NCBI GenBank assembly: GCA_965219955.1 | Contig: OZ244799.1 | Span: 1,088,001 to 1,152,000, forward strand | Length of the DNA stretch: 64,000 nucleotides | Reading direction: 5' to 3' | From: a bacterium | Lineage (GTDB): Bacteria > UBA8248 | In this document: positions 9,332 to 19,959 of the stretch, piece by piece | Numbering within the stretch: the first letter of the stretch is position 1 | Layout of the letters: each line of letters opens with the position of its first letter | Made by a program: the position numbers and the translations under genes | Notes under the pieces: model-generated | Database searches by the model: none | What the model was told of the DNA's origin: nothing | What the model saw: only the letters and a program-made list of their open reading frames with translations

Positions 9332-12300
9332 ATGTATCGACTCCTGAAATGGTTGGTTTGGATTGCCGGTATTTGTTTCGTTCTCATCGTCGTTTCTATC
9401 TTCATCATACAAATTTTTCTTTCCTCCGATGAGATAATCAGAATCGCGGAGAGAGAAGGGCGAAAAATCCTGGGCCGAAACGTATCAATCGAGCGGCTGG
9501 AACTGGGACTGTTCAAGATCGAGGCGAGTGGAATCGTCATCGACGGGCAAACAGAAAAAGATGGGGTAAAGAGCGATAAACCCTTCGTTCGATTCGACGA
9601 TGTTGAAATACTTCTGAATCCATCGACCCTGATTTACAAGCGTATCAGCATTCTCCAGCTCACCATCAAAAGCGCCACCGCTCGCGTACACCGGGATGGA
9701 CAGGGCAGGTTCAATTTCCAGGACATTATCGACAATCTGAATCGGGAATCAAGCAATGCGATTCCGACGAATTCGGGAAAAACGTTTTCGTTCATCAAAT
9801 CCGCCGAGGCGGCGGAGAGCGTCCCGCAAAGTTCTGAACAAGGATTCACTTTTATCATTCACGAATTTGACCTTTATGACGCTAAAACCGAATTGCGATT
9901 CGATGCCAGCAACACCTCGCCTGCTTTCGATGGTTCATGTTCTTTTGCTCACATCGAAGTCGACAAAGTAACGCCTGGCAAGCCCTTGGACGTTGTTCTC
10001 GAAGGGAAGTGTAAGAGGCCGGACGGGCAACCACTCATCGAAATGAAAGGCAAGGCGTACGTCGACATGACAGGCCGGAATTATCGCGCGTCTTTCGAGA
10101 TGCCTCTTTTGGATTCGTCTTTCCTGCCTGTGGTGGCGCCTACGGTACCGGGCTCTCGTTTCAGGAAAGGAATTTTCGCCGGGAACTTGAAGTTCGGCTA
10201 TGTCGCCGAAAAACCGGTAACCTGGGATATTGATTTGAACGGCCAAAACATTCTCGCGGATTTCCAAATGGATCGACGAGCAAAATGGCGAAAACTGGAG
10301 TTGCCCAGATTCAAGCTGAAGACGAAGGGTCGATTCAATCTGTTATATGGTTCCGCGCACATCGACACTCTCTTCGTCGAAACGCCTTTTCTGGATGCGA
10401 AATTGACGAAACCTTCGTTCTGGAACGTCTCGGCGCAAGATGAAGTGCATTTTGAAGCGAACATCCGTGATATGCGTGAAACGGGCGACTGGATTTCGCG
10501 AGTCGCGGGCATAACGCTACGAGGCTTCCAGGAAAGAGCAACGGCCCGGGTTCTGATATCGGCGAAGCGGGATCGCAAGATATCGGATGACTTCGTACAA
10601 CTAGAGGTGGATTCCCGCTTCGACCCGGTGGACCTGTCCCGGTTCGTTGAATTCATTCCCTCTGTTGACCATGTCTTGAAAATCAAGGGGAAAGTGGGCG
10701 GAAAAGCACGCGTGGTTTTTGTTTCAGGCGAGCGTGTAGGATGGGATGTGGCTTTAGAAACCCGGGACTTCGGCGCAAAAGTCAGGATAGACAAGAGAAA
10801 ACAATGGAAAGCGCTGACGTTGGGGAGAACCGTTCTTCATTCGACGGGGAACTACGACGAGAAGAATGCATCCGCGAGTATCAATACCCTGGATATCAAG
10901 TTGCCGTTCGCCACGGCGAAACTCCAAAAGCCCGCGAAATGGAACGTAGATGGTAATGATGAAGCCGCGATTTATGTCGAGGTGAGTGATTTCTCATCTG
11001 CGAATGATTTCATGCAGAGACTCGGGTTAGTATCGCTTGGAGACGTTCCCCAAGATGCGAAGCTCCGTTTTAACGTCGCCGTGTCTCGAAATCGGAAAAA
11101 TCCCTCGGCCTACATGGTAGATACGAGCGCGCGTTTCGATTCTTTGCCGGTCGCGCCACTCGTGGATTTTGTCCCTTTGCCAGCCTACCTGCAAAAAGCC
11201 ACTGGCTGGCTCAGCGGTGAGTTGCAAGTGTCTTCGACCCTGGATGGTGCCCTCCGGTGGAAGGCAGATATCGTCGGGAAGAACCTCGGTGCGCGTACCA
11301 AAATAATTTCAAAAGAAAAGTGGCGCGATTTATCCCTGGCATCTCTAGCAATTCAATCGGACGGTTTTTATCTCGCTTCAAAAGGCTCTGCCGAAATCAA
11401 GAGGTTGGATTTGAGGTTTCCCTTTGCGAGGGCATATCTGAATCGCATGGTTTTGTGGAATCAAAATGGCAGGGATGAATTTTCGTTTACGTTTGACATC
11501 ACGGATTTGAGTACCGCCGAAGTCTGGCTGGGCGAATTGATAGGGCATCCCGTTCAATCGGGGCCAAAGAATGAAAAATTGAAAATTTCACTCTCAGGAA
11601 CGAGAAACAGGAAAGATGGGGCTGTGTTTTCCTATAAGGGATACGCGCTCTTTGATCCTGTTCATATATCACCTTGGGTGAATTTTGTTAGCGATACTCC
11701 TGTGATTCGAAATCCAGCAGGAGAGATCGCCGGCAAGATAGAATTTTCATACGTCCCCAAGGAAAAGGCAAAATGGAACCTGGGGCTCACGAGCGAAAAT
11801 TTAAGCGGGGAATTCCTTGCGCCGATGAGCCGCGACTGGAGACTGCTGCAGACGGGAAAATTCAGCGTTGAAACAACGGGTTCTTATGATTTCCAAAATC
11901 AATCTGGAAGGTTGCAGAGCCTGAACCTGAACATGCCATTCGGAGATCTTCGGGCATCGAGGCCCGCCGATTGGAGCATGAACGGAGTGGATTCAGGTCG
12001 ATTCCAATGGACGGTATCGAACCTGAAACACGCGACCCGATTGGCCGGGAGTATTTTTGGAGAACCGGTGTCTGAGTTTTTAGTGGCCGGCGCCGCTAAA
12101 GGCACGATTGCAGTTTCGAGAAACAGAAAAAAACCACAGTCGATTTCGACACGGGGGTCGTTCTCGGTGGATCTCTCATCGCTCGCGCATACTGCATACC
12201 CGAATTTCAATGTGACGGGAAGTTTTTCAGGGCAGGTTGATGACGATGCGATAAAAATTCGGATTCCGGAGCTGAAGACATTCGACTTTAACAAACCAAA

Positions 12301-13450
12301 TGCGGAACCAGATATTATTCTTCAAGATTTGGAAGCATCTCTAGGGCGTTCATCCATCTTGCGAGGAGAGATACGGTCGTCAAGCGTTCGGATCAAAAAG
12401 TTGAACATTCGATATGCGCTTCATGAAAAAGGAAAAACTAATTTTGACTCATTGTTCGAGACAACGAAAGCAGGTGAAAAACAAACCCAGCGATTAAGAA
12501 ACCAAGAAAAAACGGTACCTGCAGATAAAGATAAAAAGACCACATTAGGGCAACGCCGAAAGATCGCGAAAAAAGGGGGTGGGCCTCTTTTTCCGGCGAT
12601 TAAAATTGGGAAATTCGAAGTTGCAAGAATGGCCTTTTATTATCAGGATTTTATTGCGGCGGATAAACCGCCGGTAGTTTTGCAGGTTCCGGATGCCAAG
12701 CTTTTGGTTACGAATTTGGATACGCTGATGGTTCCCGGCTTGCGGGAAACGCGCCTGGAGTTCAGGACGCTCGGAGAATCGCCCTCCATCCTGGTGAAGG
12801 CGAACCTGAACCCTGGTTCGGTGCCTCCGGATGTAGATGGAATTTTCAACCTATCGCGTTTCGACCTGCGAAAAATATCTCCTTATCTCCGTGACAGTAA
12901 GGGAGAGAGTGCCAGCGCCTTGTTGATGCGAGGGACCGAGATCACAAGGGGCGTGCTGGATTTCAAATCCACTTATTCGTTGAGAAAGAGCCGCTTGAAT
13001 TTGGATGGGACCGCGCAGATTACCGGATTGCGTTTGAAACCCGACGAGAAGTTTCCCCTGGTCGACCTCGTGGTGAAATTGCTCCGTGAGTCTGTATTCC
13101 GCCTGTTCGAGAGACCGGACGATACCATTAAGCTGAATGTTCGGGTAACAGGGCGTTTGGATGATCCGGAGTTTCATTTTCTGGACGCGATTGCGGAGCC
13201 GATATTTGTAAGCCTGTTTGAGAAGGCGCTGAACCTGGGGGGCAATGTCAAGGACATCGTTACAGGTATTCTTGGCACTGCCATTGAGGGGGTGCAAAAA
13301 ATAGTGCCGGTACCGGGGGATGATCGAGCAGCGCCCGATAAAGGTTCTGCGAAAGAATTGGACAGAGGAGAAAGCCAACTTGAGCAGTTTGGAAAAAAAC
13401 TCGAAAAATCTTTGCGGAAAGGTCTCCGCGGCTTATTCGGTGCTAAGTAA
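9332..13450 (+). CDS. AsmA-family / DUF748 envelope protein with four internal ~172-aa repeats
   Basis: N-terminal TM followed by AsmA-like LGRNVSI...GRFNFQDI. The body is beta-rich and the C-terminus is DUF748-like (VTGRLDDPEF). Confidence 0.75.
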   Translation: MYRLLKWLVWIAGICFVLIVVSIFIIQIFLSSDEIIRIAEREGRKILGRNVSIERLELGLFKIEASGIVIDGQTEKDGVKSDKPFVRFDDVEILLNPSTLIYKRISILQLTIKSATARVHRDGQGRFNFQDIIDNLNRESSNAIPTNSGKTFSFIKSAEAAESVPQSSEQGFTFIIHEFDLYDAKTELRFDASNTSPAFDGSCSFAHIEVDKVTPGKPLDVVLEGKCKRPDGQPLIEMKGKAYVDMTGRNYRASFEMPLLDSSFLPVVAPTVPGSRFRKGIFAGNLKFGYVAEKPVTWDIDLNGQNILADFQMDRRAKWRKLELPRFKLKTKGRFNLLYGSAHIDTLFVETPFLDAKLTKPSFWNVSAQDEVHFEANIRDMRETGDWISRVAGITLRGFQERATARVLISAKRDRKISDDFVQLEVDSRFDPVDLSRFVEFIPSVDHVLKIKGKVGGKARVVFVSGERVGWDVALETRDFGAKVRIDKRKQWKALTLGRTVLHSTGNYDEKNASASINTLDIKLPFATAKLQKPAKWNVDGNDEAAIYVEVSDFSSANDFMQRLGLVSLGDVPQDAKLRFNVAVSRNRKNPSAYMVDTSARFDSLPVAPLVDFVPLPAYLQKATGWLSGELQVSSTLDGALRWKADIVGKNLGARTKIISKEKWRDLSLASLAIQSDGFYLASKGSAEIKRLDLRFPFARAYLNRMVLWNQNGRDEFSFTFDITDLSTAEVWLGELIGHPVQSGPKNEKLKISLSGTRNRKDGAVFSYKGYALFDPVHISPWVNFVSDTPVIRNPAGEIAGKIEFSYVPKEKAKWNLGLTSENLSGEFLAPMSRDWRLLQTGKFSVETTGSYDFQNQSGRLQSLNLNMPFGDLRASRPADWSMNGVDSGRFQWTVSNLKHATRLAGSIFGEPVSEFLVAGAAKGTIAVSRNRKKPQSISTRGSFSVDLSSLAHTAYPNFNVTGSFSGQVDDDAIKIRIPELKTFDFNKPNAEPDIILQDLEASLGRSSILRGEIRSSSVRIKKLNIRYALHEKGKTNFDSLFETTKAGEKQTQRLRNQEKTVPADKDKKTTLGQRRKIAKKGGGPLFPAIKIGKFEVARMAFYYQDFIAADKPPVVLQVPDAKLLVTNLDTLMVPGLRETRLEFRTLGESPSILVKANLNPGSVPPDVDGIFNLSRFDLRKISPYLRDSKGESASALLMRGTEITRGVLDFKSTYSLRKSRLNLDGTAQITGLRLKPDEKFPLVDLVVKLLRESVFRLFERPDDTIKLNVRVTGRLDDPEFHFLDAIAEPIFVSLFEKALNLGGNVKDIVTGILGTAIEGVQKIVPVPGDDRAAPDKGSAKELDRGESQLEQFGKKLEKSLRKGLRGLFGAK

Positions 13451-13849
13451 TTTAATGAAGGTTTCCTGTTTCTGAAACGCGGTGTTTTGGTAGTAAGCCC
13501 TTATTATCAACATTATGAAGAACAGTTGATTCGACAGGCGCCGCGTTTTTTCGGGCCGCTCGTAGTAGACGAAAAACATGAATATGAATCCCCCACATTT
13601 CAGGATTGATTCCAGACTATATTCCAAGGGGATGTCGTGTTTCTGTCGAAAATTATAAAAATCGCATGAACGGACTACTTCTTCAAGATGTGATAGATAA
13701 AGTACTCGGTACTGATTTCCGCGACTGAATTCATTAACTTCAAACTTTTCTTGCATTTCCCACTTAAATTTGATAGCGTTTCTAGGTTTTCCTCTGCCCG
13801 AGGACGCATCTCCCATTCTGTTTGTGGGTGGGAACATAGGATCCAGTGT

Positions 13850-16828
13850 ATGCCTACTCGTCGCTCGGGTATCCGATCCGGACCATCCCCGGTTTCCCAA
13901 AGGACCAATGAGATCGTAGGTTTATCCTTGGTTGGTTTCGCTGTTTTCCTGGCGATTTCGCTTTGGAGTTTCGATTCTGGCGATCCGTCTTGGGGCGCTT
14001 ACGTCAATCAAAAGTGGCGCATTCGAAATTACGGCGGAGCCGTAGGCGCATATACGGCCGGCGCTATGGTTCAGGCGGTGGGCGCATTCTCGATTTTGAT
14101 GCCCATCGGATTCCTTATTTGGGGCGTAACCGCGTTTGCAGGTTTGCGCTCATGGCGGCCTGGTTGGCGTGAACTGGTTGGCTTGTTCTTTCTTTTGAGC
14201 GCATCGGGGTTATTTTTCAAAGCATTTGAAACCGATCCTCTTTTTGGGACGACGACATTAGCCGGTGGAATTGTCGGCTATAGTGTCGTGATGTTGCTGA
14301 ACGCATATTTGGGCAGTGCGGGCAGTTGGGTGTTGCTTGGCTCCGTGTTGCTTGCCTCGTTTGTCGGCATAACCGGTTTTTCATTCAAAAAAATGATTTC
14401 AGGACTGGCAATTGCGCATTGGTGGTTTTTTTCTCGCATTTTTATGGTTTTTAAAAAGGTATTGCTCGGGGCAGTAAGGGGCGTTGTATTCGCGACCCGA
14501 AAACTCTTTTCCACAGTTGTAGGCATTCCGTCACCTCTACCTGAAGAAGGGTCCTGTACTGAATATGCCGAAACGATAGCTGGCACTGAAGACGCAGCGC
14601 ATGGATATTTTGAGCAAGACAGCTTGAGCGGCGAGGAACCGAGGCTGAACCACTCGAAAAAAGATGCCGACAAATTAATTTTGGAACCGAATAGCTCCTA
14701 CTTGTCAAACCAAAAGAATGGCAGGCTTGTTCTTCGGCCATCGGCGCAAAACGGCCCTTCGCTGTTTGGAGGAGAGAAATTTCCGGGCCCGGACTTGCCT
14801 GCGCTGCGCGGTCCGGCGGCCAGCGATGAGGAAATCGAACCCGTAAAAACCCCCAAGGGTCTTTATGATGAAGCAATGCCCGGCTCGGTGTTAGAAACGC
14901 TTCTTGAGAATGATGATGACGAGCTGCGATTGGCCAACGATGGAACGCGCGACGACTTGCCGCTGAGTGTGGTGGACGAACTGTCACCAAAGGCGAGTGA
15001 AGAAATCGATGATGAAGCAAAGAAGGTGAAAGCAGAGAGAAAATCTGTGACCGGCGGACTGCGGATTAAGCTGAAGAAAAATCTTGCTGGCAATAGCGAT
15101 ATGTTGCCAGCGTCGCAGGAGGAGGCTCCTGTTCCTGGGAGATCACCTGACGAGCTTCCCGAATTCCCTTCGACTCATGTTGAAGATTCAACAAGAAGTA
15201 GAGAATCGGAAGAGCATTTGAAAGTTCGACACGCGGGAACTAGTGGCGAGTCGGACGCTGTTCAGATCCAAGACAATTCTCTGGTCCACTCCGGTGCGCA
15301 AACAGAAAATCGGCACAAGGAGCAAAGAGGCTCTTTACCTAAGAAAGAATATGTTCTTCCTTCTTTGGATATTTTCGCAACCCCTCCCTCTGGCGGACTT
15401 ATAGTAGACGAAGCAAGCATACGCGAAAAATCCTTGCTTCTTGAACAAACGCTGAAAGAATTTGGTGTCGTCGGAACAGTCAAGGAAGTAAAGACAGGAC
15501 CTGTCATTACTAGTTTCGAGTATGACCCGGCCCCGGGAATCAAGGTTTCCAAGATTACCGGCCTGGCAGACGACCTGGCCCGAGCGCTATCCGCGTTAAG
15601 TGTCCGCATTGTCGCCCCGATACCCGGAAAATCGGTTGTAGGCATCGAGGTTCCCAACATCAAGCGTGACGCCGTATTTGCAAAAGAAGTGCTCTCTTCA
15701 AGGGAATTCATGCAGGCCGAAGATAAACTTACGATGGGTCTAGGCAAGGATATTCTAGGGAGAACGGCATTTACGGATTTGGCCAAAATTCCGCATCTGT
15801 TGATTGCGGGCACGACCGGCGCAGGAAAAAGTGTTGCCTTGAACATGATGATTTGTAGTCTCCTGACCAGGTGTACGCCAAGAGAGGTTCGTTTTTTAAT
15901 GATCGACCCCAAAATGCTGGAACTGTCGATATATGAAGGCATTCCTCATCAACTCGTGCCTGTTGTGACTGAACCCAAGAAAGCCTCGGCGGGCTTAAGG
16001 GGTGTCCTGGTGGAAATGGAAAGACGCTATCAGATAATGAGCGAGGCAGGGGTGCGGAACATCCAGGGCTACAATGCTTCCGTAGCGCGGCAAGTGGGTG
16101 ATCGTGAGGCGAATAGAAGATGGAAACAACCTCTGGCCGAAGAGGATACGTCCCTTGATTTCCTTCCTTATATTGTGGTGGTGATTGACGAATTGGCTGA
16201 TCTCATGATGGTCGCGCCACGTGAGGTGGAAGAGTCAATGACGCGCCTGGCCCAGATGGCTCGAGCATCTGGAATCCATTTATTGGTGGCGACCCAGCGT
16301 CCATCAGTGGATGTTCTCACGGGTCTCATCAAAGCGAATTTCCCGTCAAGGATGGCACTCCGCGTTGCTACTCGGACGGACTCGCGGACAATCTTGGACT
16401 CGAATGGGGCGGAACGCTTATTAGGAAAAGGGGATATGCTATTTGTGCCACCCGGTTCTAGCACTCCTGTTCGCATTCATGGAGCGTATGTTTCAGATAG
16501 CGAGATTTCTCAACTCGTTGCGCACTGGAAATCCCAAGGAGAAGCGGTATTCAGGGAGGATTGGTTTGTAGAGGAGGAAAACGCCTCTCAGAATGAACCA
16601 AATAGCGATGACGAGTACGATGAAAGGTATGATGATGCGATTGCGCTCGTCTCCAGGACGCGCGAGGCATCCATTTCTCTCATCCAGAGACATTTGAGGA
16701 TTGGGTACAATAGGGCAGCACGCATGATTGAGCGTATGGAGCAAGAGGGAGTCATCGGCCCGGCGGATGGTGTGAAGAGAAGACAAGTTTTAGTCAGTGA
16801 GATTCCAGACGAAGAACCAGTAGAGTAG
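13850..16828 (+). CDS. ftsK: DNA translocase FtsK
   Basis: 4TM N-domain, long acidic linker, HLLIAGTTGAGKS (Walker A), VVVIDELADLMM, ATQRPSVD and gamma domain IQRHLRIGYNRAAR. Confidence 0.96.
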   Translation: MPTRRSGIRSGPSPVSQRTNEIVGLSLVGFAVFLAISLWSFDSGDPSWGAYVNQKWRIRNYGGAVGAYTAGAMVQAVGAFSILMPIGFLIWGVTAFAGLRSWRPGWRELVGLFFLLSASGLFFKAFETDPLFGTTTLAGGIVGYSVVMLLNAYLGSAGSWVLLGSVLLASFVGITGFSFKKMISGLAIAHWWFFSRIFMVFKKVLLGAVRGVVFATRKLFSTVVGIPSPLPEEGSCTEYAETIAGTEDAAHGYFEQDSLSGEEPRLNHSKKDADKLILEPNSSYLSNQKNGRLVLRPSAQNGPSLFGGEKFPGPDLPALRGPAASDEEIEPVKTPKGLYDEAMPGSVLETLLENDDDELRLANDGTRDDLPLSVVDELSPKASEEIDDEAKKVKAERKSVTGGLRIKLKKNLAGNSDMLPASQEEAPVPGRSPDELPEFPSTHVEDSTRSRESEEHLKVRHAGTSGESDAVQIQDNSLVHSGAQTENRHKEQRGSLPKKEYVLPSLDIFATPPSGGLIVDEASIREKSLLLEQTLKEFGVVGTVKEVKTGPVITSFEYDPAPGIKVSKITGLADDLARALSALSVRIVAPIPGKSVVGIEVPNIKRDAVFAKEVLSSREFMQAEDKLTMGLGKDILGRTAFTDLAKIPHLLIAGTTGAGKSVALNMMICSLLTRCTPREVRFLMIDPKMLELSIYEGIPHQLVPVVTEPKKASAGLRGVLVEMERRYQIMSEAGVRNIQGYNASVARQVGDREANRRWKQPLAEEDTSLDFLPYIVVVIDELADLMMVAPREVEESMTRLAQMARASGIHLLVATQRPSVDVLTGLIKANFPSRMALRVATRTDSRTILDSNGAERLLGKGDMLFVPPGSSTPVRIHGAYVSDSEISQLVAHWKSQGEAVFREDWFVEEENASQNEPNSDDEYDERYDDAIALVSRTREASISLIQRHLRIGYNRAARMIERMEQEGVIGPADGVKRRQVLVSEIPDEEPVE

Positions 16829-17054
16829 AGTCGTCTGAAAATTTTGGTGTTCCTCCTTTTGGTCATTGTCTTATCGAAAATCCGGATATCTAGTTGGAAA
16901 AGTGGAGTTGACGCCTTTTGGCCAATAGGGAATGATGCTCCAGGTTTCGTTGGTCGAAACGGCGCCATATCCAATTGCGGTTAAGACTTTTGACACGTTT
17001 TAGACACGAATCGTTTTTTCCAGCCCGATGGATTCTGCTCCCGGAGGACATGTA

Positions 17055-17381
17055 ATGGCGGAAGGTGTTATCGAGTTTACGGACCAGAACTTCGAGACGG
17101 ATGTTATCGGCTCAGATACGCCCACATTAGTTGATTTCTGGGCAGAATGGTGCGCTCCTTGCAAAATGATTGCGCCCACGGTTGAGGCACTTGCCCAGGA
17201 ATACGCAGGGAAGGTGCGAGTCGGAAAGTTGAATATAGATGAGAATCCATCAGTTCCGACGAAATTCGGGATTCGTGGTATCCCAACATTGATGTTGTTT
17301 AAGGGGGGCGAGGTTGTGGAGCAGGTCGTGGGAGTGAAATCCAAGGCCGATTTGAAAGCCGCCATTGACCGTGCCCTTTAG
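17055..17381 (+). CDS. trxA: Thioredoxin
   Basis: VDFWAEWCAPCK and IRGIPTL motifs, with a GGAGG RBS. Confidence 0.95.
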   Translation: MAEGVIEFTDQNFETDVIGSDTPTLVDFWAEWCAPCKMIAPTVEALAQEYAGKVRVGKLNIDENPSVPTKFGIRGIPTLMLFKGGEVVEQVVGVKSKADLKAAIDRAL

Positions 17382-17424
17382 GCCTCAAATCTATAGCTCA
17401 CCAACACTTTAGGAAACCCTCCAC

Positions 17425-18207
17425 TTGTCTTGGTTGCGTCCAGGTTTTCTGAGTTTATCTGGTCATAGAATCGCTTATTGCGAAGCAGGTCCCCAGGCAT
17501 TAAGTAGCGTCGCAGTGTGCATTCATGGAGCGGGAGGGAATCGAGATAGCTGGATTCCCTTGGTGCGCAATCTGGCGGAACAGGGCGTGAGCAGTTTGGT
17601 TCTGGAATTGCCCGGTCATGGTGAGTCTGGTCTAGCCCAAATCTCGGATGTAAAAGAATATAGTCGATTTGTTGTTCAATTCTTAGAAGCCAAGAAATTG
17701 AAATCAGTTTATCTAGCTGGCCATTCAATGGGGGGTGCCGTAACTCTTGCCACCGTTATGTCTCATCCTGAGTTATTGAAAGGTGTCATTCTCATTGGCT
17801 CAGGCGCAAGGCTTAGAGTGAAAGATTCCATTTTAGAAGGTGCAAAAAGCGATTTTGTAAAGACTGTGGATGAAATTATCAGTTATGCTTTTTCCCCGGC
17901 AACGGCTACATCCCTAATCCGAGAGAGCACCAGGGGTTTATTGCGATGCAATGCGGATACCCTGCACCATGATTTTATTGCATGCGATCGATTTGATGTC
18001 CTTTCCGAATTGGAATCTATATCTACGCCCGCCTTGATCCTATGTGGAGAAGACGACCTTTTAACTCCCCCAAAGTATTCACAGTTTATGTCCGAGAAGA
18101 TTCCAAATGCGAAATTATCCATTATCCCACAATCTGGTCACATGGTGATGCTAGAGCAACCGGAGGTGGTCGGGGGTTTGATCACGCAGTTCATGAATGA
18201 TTCTTAG
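17425..18207 (+). CDS. Alpha/beta hydrolase
   Basis: IHGAGG, LPGHG, GHSMGG nucleophile elbow, and catalytic D (GEDD) and H (SGH). Confidence 0.9.
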   Translation: MSWLRPGFLSLSGHRIAYCEAGPQALSSVAVCIHGAGGNRDSWIPLVRNLAEQGVSSLVLELPGHGESGLAQISDVKEYSRFVVQFLEAKKLKSVYLAGHSMGGAVTLATVMSHPELLKGVILIGSGARLRVKDSILEGAKSDFVKTVDEIISYAFSPATATSLIRESTRGLLRCNADTLHHDFIACDRFDVLSELESISTPALILCGEDDLLTPPKYSQFMSEKIPNAKLSIIPQSGHMVMLEQPEVVGGLITQFMNDS

Positions 18208-18258
18208 GAATCTTCCAGGTCCAAAGAATCACTGCATCTCCTTCTGGTATTGAGAAGC

Positions 18259-19119
18259 ATGAAATTTCCCGTGTACTTCTATTTGTTTGTAGGGGTCATT
18301 GCACTTGGCTGCTCCGCCATACTCATACGGTTGGCGGATGTCGAACCTTTGGCGATAGCTGCATATCGTATGGGCGGCGGCGCTTTATTGCTGCTGCCGT
18401 TTACAAGCAAGAACGTCATGTATATATGGGGTGCCTTGTCGCTCAAAGAGAAGATAATTTGGGCGGGTTCCGGTATATTCTTGGCGTTTCATTTTGCGTT
18501 TTGGATAGAGTCGCTGTCGCATACGTCCGTAGCAAGTTCCGTCGTGCTTGCGACGACCAACCCCATATTCGCGGGCATTGGCGGAATCGTTCTACTGGGA
18601 GAAAGGGAAGGGCGAAATTTTTGGCTGGGTGTGGTGTTGGCTATCGGTGGCAGTGCAATTTTAGCTTACTCTGACTTTGTGGGATGGGAAGGCAGCTTCT
18701 GGGGAAATTTTCTTGCCTTATCTGCGGCTGTAATGGCTTCTGCCTACATGTTATGTGGCCGAAAGCTGAGAATGAAAATTCCTGTTGGGGCATATGTGAC
18801 GGGGTGCTATGGATTCAGTGGGATTTTACTTTTCGGCGCAGCTTTAATTCTGGAACAGCCTCTCGGCGGATATTCTTATAATTCTTGGCTGCTTTTAGCC
18901 GCTATGATACTCGTCCCGACATTGGTCGGCCATACCTCCATAAATTATGCGTTAGGGCATTTGCACCCGGGTAAAGTGGCGCTTGCCGTTGTAGGAGAGC
19001 CATTAGTGGCTACGGGATTGGCTTGGTGGCTGCTTCAGGAAGTCCCTACGTCCAGTCGACTCTTCGCATGCTCTGTCATATTGATGGGTATCGTATTGGG
19101 GGGAAGAGCAAATCGTTAG
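18259..19119 (+). CDS. DMT/EamA family transporter
   Basis: Ten hydrophobic segments in two EamA repeats (HFAFWIESLSHTSVASS, VGHTSINYAL, GEP). Confidence 0.9.
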   Translation: MKFPVYFYLFVGVIALGCSAILIRLADVEPLAIAAYRMGGGALLLLPFTSKNVMYIWGALSLKEKIIWAGSGIFLAFHFAFWIESLSHTSVASSVVLATTNPIFAGIGGIVLLGEREGRNFWLGVVLAIGGSAILAYSDFVGWEGSFWGNFLALSAAVMASAYMLCGRKLRMKIPVGAYVTGCYGFSGILLFGAALILEQPLGGYSYNSWLLLAAMILVPTLVGHTSINYALGHLHPGKVALAVVGEPLVATGLAWWLLQEVPTSSRLFACSVILMGIVLGGRANR

Positions 19120-19313
19120 CATTTCCCTGTCTTTCCGTACGTCTTGAATGCCTTTTCAAGTAGTGGAATATGATATATGGGTCATGAGGGATTTAGAAGT
19201 ATGAGTACATATTGAGATGTCCTCTTTGAGGGGGATATGCACCTTTAATTCATGATGTGAAAGCGGGGTTCTATTTCACATCTTGTACTGAAGAGCCCTG
19301 GGGGCGACAAATA

Positions 19314-19859
19314 ATGACTTCGAGCGTCAGATTATGTGTGCTGTCTGATACACATGGTCGTCTTACGAAAGACGTGCTCGAGTTTTGTCAGAATGCAGAC
19401 CATATCCTTCATGCCGGTGATGTGGGTTCCAATGTTATCTTGCCGGAACTCCAGAGCATTGCACCTGTCAGTTGTGTTTTGGGAAACGTAGATGCGCCCG
19501 GCCTGGCGCCCATGCGCTCAAAGGCCGTTATAGCAGGCTGGCGGATTATGGTTCAGCATATCGTCTGGGACAGGGGAGGACCATCTCGGGAATTGCAGAT
19601 GTTTCTTCAAGATGAGACGATGGATTTGGTGGTTTTCGGTCATACGCATCAACCGCTTTGCCGAAGGATAGGCAAGACCGTATTTTTTAATCCCGGCAGT
19701 TGCGGGCCGAAGCGATTCAGTCTCCCGAGAGCTATCGGCGAGGTCATTTTGGATGCTTCGGGAGGTTGGTTTCGAATCTCTGACCTCATGCATATCCAAA
19801 ATGCGCCGCCCATCATTGAATTGCGATTTGAGCGCCCCCGCGTTTCGGATGAAGGTTGA
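19314..19859 (+). CDS. Metallophosphoesterase (YfcE family)
   Basis: SDTHG, HAGD, GNVD, GHTH and NPGS motifs. Confidence 0.9.
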   Translation: MTSSVRLCVLSDTHGRLTKDVLEFCQNADHILHAGDVGSNVILPELQSIAPVSCVLGNVDAPGLAPMRSKAVIAGWRIMVQHIVWDRGGPSRELQMFLQDETMDLVVFGHTHQPLCRRIGKTVFFNPGSCGPKRFSLPRAIGEVILDASGGWFRISDLMHIQNAPPIIELRFERPRVSDEG

Positions 19860-19959
19860 TTTACATTTTTATTGCATATGAATTGAGAGTAGGGCTATAG
19901 TGCGAAAGCGTAAATGTGGTGATAGCCAACATTTTACATTTCGCTGAGGAGGAGTGTAA

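Noticed and set aside
13433-13900. 155-aa minus-strand ORF between asmA-like gene and ftsK
   Set aside because: It overlaps both neighbours and has no motifs, so it is more likely an AT-rich promoter region.
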